Under the pieces are notes generated by a model, which saw only the letters and a list, made by a program, of their open reading frames with translations, was not told where the DNA came from and ran no database searches. From Candidatus Acetothermia bacterium (GTDB taxonomy: Bacteria; Bipolaricaulota; Bipolaricaulia; M55B111), in the NCBI GenBank assembly GCA_046543235.1, contig JBKGZT010000032.1, positions 1 to 16,242 on the forward strand: a stretch of DNA of 16,242 bases, in the 5' to 3' direction. The position numbers and the translations under genes are program-made. Of the stretch, positions 7,998-14,381 are shown in pieces; the stretch's first letter is position 1; each line of letters opens with the position of its first letter.

Positions 7998-8918
7998 TTA
8001 CCCAAGATCGACTTCCTCGTCGTAAACTCTCTCGAAGAGCCCGATCGCTCCGTCGACTATCTTCGTCCCTGGCTGGTTGATCATGGAATCCTCGCCGGTC
8101 GGGAGCAGCATTACGTTACCATCCCTGACGGCCGTGATATCGCTTCCTCCGACCTGCTTCTCGAGCTCCTCGGCCGACAGCCCCATGTCCTCGGTGCCGA
8201 TTATCAGGTCCGGGTCTTGCTGGATTATCTCTTCCTTGCTCACCGGTTTAAACCCGCTGAGGTCCGAGAAGACGTTATCCAGGCCGGCCATTTCCAGTAC
8301 CTGCCCGACGAAGGTGTCCCCGCCCGGCGTGTACATCTTCGGGCTTATCGTGTAAAACACTTCCTTGCTGTCGTCAAGTTTACCTACTGCCTCCTCCAGC
8401 CTGACTTCCTTGTAGGTCATTTCACCGACTATCTTCTCGGCCCTGTCGAGTTTACCCGTCAGGTAGCCGATCTCCAGGATCGTCTCCTTGACCTCGCTAA
8501 CGTCCTTGTTTCCGGCGGCATAGACGGTAGCCCCCATGTCCTCTATCTTGTCAAGCGTCTCCTTCTGGGCGGAAGCATCCAGAATTACCAGATCCGGCTG
8601 GAGGGAGGCTATTTTTTCCATGGACAATTCGAACCCGCCTACCTTCGTTTTATCCTCGGCCTTCTTCTGCAATTCGGGCACATAAGATAAATACTGTATC
8701 AGGTCCGGAACCCCGACTAGTTCTTCTTCCAGCCCGAGATCCAACGCGATTTCCGTCGTTGAAGCGATGGTGGTCACCACTCTTTCGGCGGTATCCTCGA
8801 GGACTACCTCCCTGCCCAGTCCGTCGGTGACCGTCTTCGGGTCCTCGGCGTAAGCCAAACTCGTAAACATCAGACCAAGGATCAAACCAACCACGAGAAC
8901 AAGATAAGAACGCTTCAT
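7998..8918 (-). CDS. btuF: Periplasmic corrinoid-binding protein (BtuF / helical-backbone SBP family)
   Basis: Signal peptide ending LAYA|ED with no lipobox Cys. VTDGLGREV, RVVT..STTE, EKIASLQPDLVI and EEIIQQDPDLII motifs. GGAGGT SD upstream. Confidence 0.87.
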   Translation of the reverse strand: MKRSYLVLVVGLILGLMFTSLAYAEDPKTVTDGLGREVVLEDTAERVVTTIASTTEIALDLGLEEELVGVPDLIQYLSYVPELQKKAEDKTKVGGFELSMEKIASLQPDLVILDASAQKETLDKIEDMGATVYAAGNKDVSEVKETILEIGYLTGKLDRAEKIVGEMTYKEVRLEEAVGKLDDSKEVFYTISPKMYTPGGDTFVGQVLEMAGLDNVFSDLSGFKPVSKEEIIQQDPDLIIGTEDMGLSAEELEKQVGGSDITAVRDGNVMLLPTGEDSMINQPGTKIVDGAIGLFERVYDEEVDLG

Positions 8919-8989
8919 TGAAAAGTTTACCTCCCGGTGAATTTCGTATTAATATGCATGATGCATGCTAATCTCTCGACCAAGTCTTT

Positions 8990-9008
8990 GTGGGATAGAC
9001 TATCCCAC
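8990..9008. promoter_or_regulatory. Perfect 8-3-8 inverted repeat, putative operator or 5' hairpin of the btu/cob operon
   Basis: GTGGGATA-GAC-TATCCCAC, located just downstream of the predicted start site of the minus-strand promoter. Confidence 0.5.
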
Positions 9009-9021
9009 CACTGTGGAAGAT

Positions 9022-9050
9022 AGTTTACCAGTTCGGTGAATACTTTTCAA
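9022..9050 (-). promoter_or_regulatory. Putative sigma70 promoter of the btuF operon
   Basis: Minus strand TTGAAA (9050-9045), 17 nt, TAAACT (9027-9022), with an extended -10 TG. Confidence 0.6.
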
Positions 9051-9173
9051 ATACTTCAAATACGACGTATATCCTCCACACTTAAGCCGTTTTTCAGATA
9101 TCCACGAACTTCGGAACTCAAGTAAACGATAAAAACGGAGGGTCAAAGCGGGCGAAATGGGTCCAATAAACGT

Positions 9174-9203
9174 TTGACAGGACCCGTCGTTTCCGTATAA
9201 AGT
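9174..9203 (+). promoter_or_regulatory. Putative sigma70 promoter facing sufS
   Basis: Perfect TTGACA (9174-9179), followed by TATAAA (9196-9201, 16-nt spacer) or TAAAGT (9198-9203, 18-nt spacer). Confidence 0.65.
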
Positions 9204-9480
9204 GTGGTAGGAGGAAACCTCGGGAATCATACAAGTCACAGGAACGGGTTAACCAAAAAACTAACCCCGGTCTGACAGGGGGAAGGTATTAAGCCGTTCG
9301 GGCCCGAACCTCTCGCCTTTCCGAGGGAATACTATAAGCGGTCAGCAAACTCCGACAGATGGATTGGGGTGCCCTTGACCGAACTTCGGCGAGTAACTCG
9401 GGTAACCAGAGTCGGAGTTTATCGGCCAGTTGATTCGGTTGAGAACATGATCTCTACGCAGGGTAGAAGCGAGTTTATCT
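9203..9480 (+). ncRNA. Candidate structured RNA or long sufS leader (family unassigned)
   Basis: Nested helices found by eye: CTGAC/GTCAG enclosing GTATT/AATAC enclosing two hairpins, and AAACTCCGAC/GTCGGAGTTT enclosing short hairpins. Starts right after a strong promoter. Strand is not certain. Confidence 0.35.
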
Positions 9481-9529
9481 GAAAATTTTGAATTTTTGAA
9501 AAAACCAATTAAAGGGGCCTCCTGGAAAG

Positions 9530-10753
9530 ATGCTTGACGTCGAGAAGATCCGGAAAGACTTCCCCGCCATCAGGAGTCAGGGTATCACCTACCTGGATAA
9601 CGCTGCCACTTCCTTCACCCCCGAAGCCGTAACACGAAAACTAATCAGTTATTACCACCAAAACGGGACTAGCGTACACCGGGGAATTTACAAGATGGCC
9701 GAAAAAACGACCAAAAAAATGGAAAGAGCCCGCGAAAAGACCGCGGAATTCGTAAAGGCCGAATCCAGCTCGGAAATCGTGTTTACCAAAAACTGTACGG
9801 AATCCCTGAACCTTCTCGCGTATTCTCTCCATCACTGGGGCGCCAAACGTGGCAAAATACTCGTTACCGAGATGGACCATCATAGTAACATCCTTCCCTG
9901 GAAGATAATGGCGGACGGAAACAGCAAGTTCGAACTGGAATTCGTCGACGTGACGCGGAACGGTCGGCTTGATTTAGAAGATTATGCCGACAAACTTACC
10001 TCCAACACTGCAGTGGTTGCCTTTCCCGGGACTTCAAACGTGACAGGAGCTTACAATCCGGTAAAAAAACTAACGAAGTTAGCTCACGATAATAACGCCC
10101 TGGTAGTAGTAGACGGCGCCCAGTGGATACCGCACAGAGAATTCCCTGTTCCCGACTACGGGGTAGATTTTTTGACCTTTTCCGCCCATAAGATGCTAGG
10201 CCCGACGGGGCTGGGGATCCTTTACGGTAGAGAGGAACTACTGGAAGAAATGCCTCCACCTTTTGGCGGCGGAGAGATGGTTCGAAGTGCCACGAAAAGG
10301 GGGACTGAATGGAACGAGGTTCCCCAGAAATTCGAAGCGGGAACTCCTCCAATTGCTCAGATAATTGCCTTCGGAGCGGCACTGGACTACCTGAAGGAAC
10401 TGGGCCTTCCGGCGGTTAAAAGACAAGTCGATTGCCTCACTTCGAGAGCGCTAAACCTGCTATCGGAAATTCAGGGGGTCGAAATCTACGGCCCCAAATC
10501 CGGTGAAGACAGGGGTGGACTGGTCTCCTTCAATTTAAAAGGAGTCCATCCACACGACCTGGCCGCGTCGCTGGACTCCATCGACAACATCGCAATCCGT
10601 GCAGGCCATCACTGCGCTCAACCTCTTCACGAAGCAATGGGGCTAAACGCCACTTCCAGGGCGAGTTTTTACGTCTACAATACGAAGGATGAAATCGACC
10701 TTCTGGCCGAGGGCGTAAATGAAGCCAAAAAGATCTTTGGCGGTGAAGGATGA
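9530..10753 (+). CDS. sufS: Cysteine desulfurase, group II (SufS type)
   Basis: YLDNAAT, DGAQ, FSAHKMLGPTG (PLP Lys), KFEAGTP, HPHD, the group II signature RAGHHCAQPL and RASFYVYNT. Confidence 0.96.
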   Translation: MLDVEKIRKDFPAIRSQGITYLDNAATSFTPEAVTRKLISYYHQNGTSVHRGIYKMAEKTTKKMERAREKTAEFVKAESSSEIVFTKNCTESLNLLAYSLHHWGAKRGKILVTEMDHHSNILPWKIMADGNSKFELEFVDVTRNGRLDLEDYADKLTSNTAVVAFPGTSNVTGAYNPVKKLTKLAHDNNALVVVDGAQWIPHREFPVPDYGVDFLTFSAHKMLGPTGLGILYGREELLEEMPPPFGGGEMVRSATKRGTEWNEVPQKFEAGTPPIAQIIAFGAALDYLKELGLPAVKRQVDCLTSRALNLLSEIQGVEIYGPKSGEDRGGLVSFNLKGVHPHDLAASLDSIDNIAIRAGHHCAQPLHEAMGLNATSRASFYVYNTKDEIDLLAEGVNEAKKIFGGEG

Positions 10754-11127
10754 GCGAGGAAAGACCCCAAATTTACGATCAGAACTTAATGCATCACTAC
10801 CAGAACCCCCACAACAGAGGAAAACTAGGGGATCCTGATCTCCGGGCTTCCGCGGAAAACCCTAGGTGTGGCGACAAGATCGACCTGGAGTTAAACCTGA
10901 AGGACGAGGTGGTAAGTGATATTAAGTTCGACGGAGAAGGGTGCGTAGTATGCATTGGTTCGGCATCCATATTGACCCAGCTTACCAGGGGGTTAACATT
11001 AGAAAGAGCAAAAGACCTTAAATTGGCCGACCTCCAGGCAAACATGAACGATTCAAGGGGCGAGAGAGAGGACTGTATGTCCGTCGCACTCCACGCCCTC
11101 CACAAAGCTCTATCCAAGGAAGACTAG
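10750..11127 (+). CDS. sufU: SufU/IscU-family Fe-S assembly or sulfur-acceptor protein
   Basis: HYQNPHNRG, NPRCGD (C40/D42), GEGC (C65) and R-x-x-C (C109). ATGA overlap with sufS. Confidence 0.88.
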   Translation: MSEERPQIYDQNLMHHYQNPHNRGKLGDPDLRASAENPRCGDKIDLELNLKDEVVSDIKFDGEGCVVCIGSASILTQLTRGLTLERAKDLKLADLQANMNDSRGEREDCMSVALHALHKALSKED

Positions 11128-11170
11128 GCCTACCGAAAATCCCCAAACCAGTTCTTCCGCCTATCCCAAC

Positions 11171-11239
11171 CTAGCTTGCTGCGGGGTGATTGACTACCCC
11201 CTTGCGGTTTCTACGGTCGTGGAAGTTTACTCGCTCCAT
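11171..11239 (-). CDS. Candidate 22-aa small protein MERVNFHDRRNRKGVVNHPAAS
   Basis: Strong doubled SD GGAGGGAGGT directly before the ATG. Extended -10 element TGgTATATT about 30 nt upstream. No recognisable family. Confidence 0.35.
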   Translation of the reverse strand: MERVNFHDRRNRKGVVNHPAAS

Positions 11240-11267
11240 TGCACCTCCCTCCATCGTTTTCTCAGTT

Positions 11268-11276
11268 AATATACCA
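11268..11276 (-). promoter_or_regulatory. Putative extended -10 promoter for the small ORF or sRNA
   Basis: Minus strand TG-G-TATATT in an AT-rich stretch; the -35 match is poor. Confidence 0.4.
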
Positions 11277-11312
11277 GTCATATATAAGTTACGAAATTTC
11301 CCCTTTTTTCTC

Positions 11313-11341
11313 TTGAAAAACATACCCCAGTACCTTAACTT
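11313..11341 (+). promoter_or_regulatory. Putative sigma70 promoter for the hydrogenase operon
   Basis: TTGAAA (11313-11318), 17 nt, TAACTT (11336-11341). Confidence 0.4.
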
Positions 11342-11349
11342 CAAAAGGA

Positions 11350-11367
11350 AAGTGAACACCTTCACGT
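11350..11367. promoter_or_regulatory. Rex-like (or CRP/FNR-family-like) palindromic operator
   Basis: aaGTGAA-cacc-TTCACgt matches the core of the Rex consensus TTGTGAA-N4-TTCACAA. It lies just downstream of the putative promoter. Confidence 0.5.
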
Positions 11368-11599
11368 TACTGTTAGAGGGGGTTAGCCGGACTTAAACAA
11401 AGGTTCGAATTTGACCAAAAACGCGCCAGGCTGGAGCTGAAAAGTTAGCGATGTCTTTTTCTCAGCTTATATTTGGTTTTACTACTAAACCGTTCTCGAA
11501 TTCAGCCTCTGGAGCGGATTCCCCCGATCATTCTAACTACTATTCCCCCTCTTCAAGGCGAGAAGCGGTTGCACCAAACATGTCAGGAAATTCAGCGTT

Positions 11600-11640
11600 T
11601 TCATTGGACGTCCCGGGCAGGCACCGGGTAGTCCAATGAA
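11600..11640 (+). other. Strong stem-loop in the hydrogenase operon leader
   Basis: TTCATTGGAC/GTCCAATGAA (10 bp) plus CCCGG/CCGGG (5 bp) with a 7-nt loop; no U-tail on either strand. Confidence 0.7.
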
Positions 11641-11677
11641 CTTGGACCGCGAAACCATAGAATAACTGGGAGGCACA

Positions 11678-12712
11678 ATGAAAGTAATCAGTAAGAGCAA
11701 TTTCAGTAAATTTGTAGACGATCTAATCGAAAAGGACGAAAGAGAAGTCGTGGGGGCTCAAGCGAAGAGCAACGAATTCGCCTTTAACCCCCTGGAGTCA
11801 GCAGATGACCTGCGACTGGACTACGACGTTACGATCCTCCCCCCGAAGAAATACTTCATGCCTCAACGGGAAACCCTGGTCGAGTATAACCTGGACGAGG
11901 GAGAAACGACTCCGGTCAACCAGGTCGTGCCGCGGATAATTATGGGAATACACCCTTACGACCTCGTCGCCATCGAACAGATGGACAAAGTGTTCGAGGA
12001 TACTCACGAGGATCCTTATTACCTGGAAAAGAGAAGACAATCGGTGCTGGTCGGGGTAAATATGGTTAACGTCTCCGACTGGTCTTTTGCCCACACCATG
12101 GGAACCGCGACGACCGACTCCGGCTACGATCTTATGCTGACCGATATCGGGGATCGTTACGCAATAGAAGTCGGCTCCTCCAAAGGGAGCAACCTGCTGG
12201 AAAAGGCCGGTGGCGCTGTGAACGATATAAAATCTGAAGGAATAAAGAAAGTCAAAGAGTACAAAGAGGAATTACCGAAGAAATTCAGAAATGATCCGGA
12301 GTTCGATCCTTTCGAACTTCCATCACTTCTGAAAAAGTTCTACGGGAAGGACGAATTCTGGGAGGAGAACGCGGAGGATTGTCTCAGTTGCGGGACCTGC
12401 AATCTCGTCTGTCCGACTTGTTACTGCTTTGACGTCCAGGACGTAAACGATATCTCCCTGTCAGAAGGGGAAAGGTTAAGAACATGGGATGGCTGTATGC
12501 TGGAGGCTTTCGCCGAAGTAGCCGGGGATGAAAACTTCAGGGAAGAAAAGGCGGCCCGTTACCGACACAGGTACATGAGAAAAGGCAGATATATGTACAA
12601 TAGATACGGCGATATCGCCTGCGTCGGGTGTGGCAGGTGTTCGGAACAGTGTCTACCGGACATAGCTGACCCGGTCGATGTATTTAACCAAATGAAGGAG
12701 GAATCCTCATGA
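11678..12712 (+). CDS. hydB: Group 3b [NiFe]-hydrogenase (sulfhydrogenase) beta subunit, 4Fe-4S dicluster
   Basis: TILPPKKYF, CLSCGTCNLVCPTCYCF, RTWDGC, ENFR and CVGCGRCSEQC motifs. GGAGG SD. Confidence 0.93.
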   Translation: MKVISKSNFSKFVDDLIEKDEREVVGAQAKSNEFAFNPLESADDLRLDYDVTILPPKKYFMPQRETLVEYNLDEGETTPVNQVVPRIIMGIHPYDLVAIEQMDKVFEDTHEDPYYLEKRRQSVLVGVNMVNVSDWSFAHTMGTATTDSGYDLMLTDIGDRYAIEVGSSKGSNLLEKAGGAVNDIKSEGIKKVKEYKEELPKKFRNDPEFDPFELPSLLKKFYGKDEFWEENAEDCLSCGTCNLVCPTCYCFDVQDVNDISLSEGERLRTWDGCMLEAFAEVAGDENFREEKAARYRHRYMRKGRYMYNRYGDIACVGCGRCSEQCLPDIADPVDVFNQMKEESS

Positions 12713-13557
12713 ACGCTGAAAATAACCTTTATAATCCGGAAAAGGCAAGGATAATCGGCAAGAGGGAGTTGACTGCCGATACGAAGTTATTCGAGCTAGA
12801 GCTCGTGAACGGTGGGGAGTTAAACCACGAGCCCGGACAGTTCGTCGAACTGTCAATTCCGGGCGTCGGGGAAGCACCGATTTCCGTAACCTCCTCGCCG
12901 ACCAGAGCAGTCCCATCATTTGAACTATGTGTAAGGGCGGTAGGGAACGTGACAAACGCTCTTCACGAGAAGGACATTGGGACTACGGTGGGGGTTAGGG
13001 GCCCTTATGGAACCGGTTTTCCCACTGAGACTTTTCATGAACAGGACTTATTGTTCATAGCCGGTGGCCTTGGCATAGCTCCGCTGAGATCCCTGATTAA
13101 TTACGTCCTTGATAAACGGGACGATTACAACGACGTCAACATTCTTTATGGCTGTAAGAGACCTTGCGAACAGATGTTCGAGGAAGAGGTAAACCACTGG
13201 GCCAGGCGCCAGGATATATATCACGAAGCAACCGTGGACGTATGTCCCGACGGCGTTTGCTGGGACGGGAACGTGGGGTTGATTACGGAACTGGTCCCGG
13301 GCGTCGACATAGATCTAGACGAAACCTACGCCGTGGTCTGCGGCCCACCCGTCATGTACAAGTTCGTTCTGGAAGAACTGGACAAAAAAGAACTCCCGCA
13401 CGAACAGATCTACCTTTCTCTGGAACGAAGGATGAAGTGCGGCCTCGGCAAGTGCGGACATTGCCAGATCAACGGGGCAGAAGAAGTGCTTTACGCCTGT
13501 CAGGATGGCCCGGTATTTAACTACGATAGAGTCAAGGGTTTCGAGGAGGCCGTATAA
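12709..13557 (+). CDS. hydG: Group 3b hydrogenase gamma subunit, FAD/NAD(P)-binding with [2Fe-2S]
   Basis: PGQFV, GEAPIS, RGPYGTGF, AGGLGIAPLRS, CGPPVM and ERRMKCGLGKCGHC...ACQDGPVF. Confidence 0.93.
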   Translation: MNAENNLYNPEKARIIGKRELTADTKLFELELVNGGELNHEPGQFVELSIPGVGEAPISVTSSPTRAVPSFELCVRAVGNVTNALHEKDIGTTVGVRGPYGTGFPTETFHEQDLLFIAGGLGIAPLRSLINYVLDKRDDYNDVNILYGCKRPCEQMFEEEVNHWARRQDIYHEATVDVCPDGVCWDGNVGLITELVPGVDIDLDETYAVVCGPPVMYKFVLEELDKKELPHEQIYLSLERRMKCGLGKCGHCQINGAEEVLYACQDGPVFNYDRVKGFEEAV

Positions 13558-14381
13558 TGAGCAAACCAAGAGTAGCTTTCTTTGATTTCGCCGGTTGTGA
13601 AGGTGACCAGCTCCAGGTAGCAAATCTGGAAGAGAGAATCCTTGATCTGCTGGATCTCGTCGAAGTCGTCAACTTTCGAGAAGTGATTTCCCAGAAATCC
13701 GACGACTACGATATAGCTTTCGTCGAAGGTTCAATTGCTTCGGATCACGACGCGGAAAGGTTGAAAGAGGTAAGAACTAACGCCGATATAGTCGTGGCTC
13801 TGGGTTCATGCGCCGCCATTGGTGGAATAAATTCGATCCGGAATTCGCAGAACCCGGAACTGGTGGAGGAAAGGGTCTACGGCGACGACGCGGATAAGAT
13901 AGATGCCTGGGACAAGGCGAAAGCAGCGGATGCGGTGGTGGAGGTAGACCACTACATCTATGGATGCCCGATAGATAAAGATGAATTCATTCACGTAGTG
14001 GAATCGCTGGTCCAGGGGAAAGAACCGCAAATTCCTACTTATCCCGTCTGTGTCGAATGCAAGATGAACGAAAACGTCTGCGTCTTCGCACGGGAAAGGG
14101 AATCGACGCGGTTGTCCTCCAGCAGAAGGGAAATGCAGACCCCTGGTGATATGCAGGTCGAACAGGGGCCTTTCTGTCTCGGACCGGTAACTCGAGCCGG
14201 CTGTGACTCCAAGTGCGTTAACGAAGGGACGACCTGCTGGGGCTGCCGTGGACTCGTGGATAATCCCAACGAAAACGCCCACAAGAAGGTGCTGGACAAA
14301 TACGGATTAACCGTGGATGAAGTTATAAATAAGTTCAACCTTTACTTCGGCTGGCAACAGGAGGAAAGAAATAATGAGTGA
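13557..14381 (+). CDS. hydD: Group 3b hydrogenase delta (small) subunit
   Basis: GCEGDQLQ, VEGS, ALGSCAAIGG, YGCP, CVECK and CLGPVTRAGC...C...CWGCRG. Confidence 0.93.
   Translation: MSKPRVAFFDFAGCEGDQLQVANLEERILDLLDLVEVVNFREVISQKSDDYDIAFVEGSIASDHDAERLKEVRTNADIVVALGSCAAIGGINSIRNSQNPELVEERVYGDDADKIDAWDKAKAADAVVEVDHYIYGCPIDKDEFIHVVESLVQGKEPQIPTYPVCVECKMNENVCVFARERESTRLSSSRREMQTPGDMQVEQGPFCLGPVTRAGCDSKCVNEGTTCWGCRGLVDNPNENAHKKVLDKYGLTVDEVINKFNLYFGWQQEERNNE

Noticed and set aside
9000-9239. 79-aa minus-strand intergenic ORF
   Set aside because: No SD and no recognisable motifs; it runs across both predicted promoters.
9204-9320. Cobalamin-riboswitch-like fragments on the + strand (GGT..hairpin..GGGAA, GGGAAGG, AAGCC)
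   Set aside because: The T-loop hairpin, GCCACUG and B12 box are missing, and it faces away from btuF. Kept only as part of the unassigned structured RNA.
9238-9375. c-di-AMP (ydaO) riboswitch-like words (AGGAACGGG, CCCGAACC, GTCAGC.AAC, TTGGGGTG)
   Set aside because: The motifs are in the wrong order and spacing for the ydaO consensus; a covariance-model search would be needed to revive it.
9203-9480. RNase P, SRP, tmRNA, 6S, T-box or SAM-I identity for the structured region
   Set aside because: Diagnostic motifs (GAGGAAAGUCC, SRP helix 8, tRNA-like ends, UGGNACC T-box bulge, SAM-I AUC..GAU core) were not found.
11020-11173. Pyrrolysine read-through of the small ORF TAG
   Set aside because: The extension would run antisense into sufU and gives no plausible protein; there are no pyl genes in the window.
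11190-11639. Intergenic ORFs 11190-11396 (+), 11451-11639 (+) and the long 64-aa version of 11171-11365 (-)
   Set aside because: No RBS and atypical composition. Only the internal ATG at 11239 has SD and promoter support.
11678-13557. Anaerobic sulfite reductase asrAB
   Set aside because: The genes are homologous, but they are followed by NiFe small and large subunits and a protease rather than asrC.
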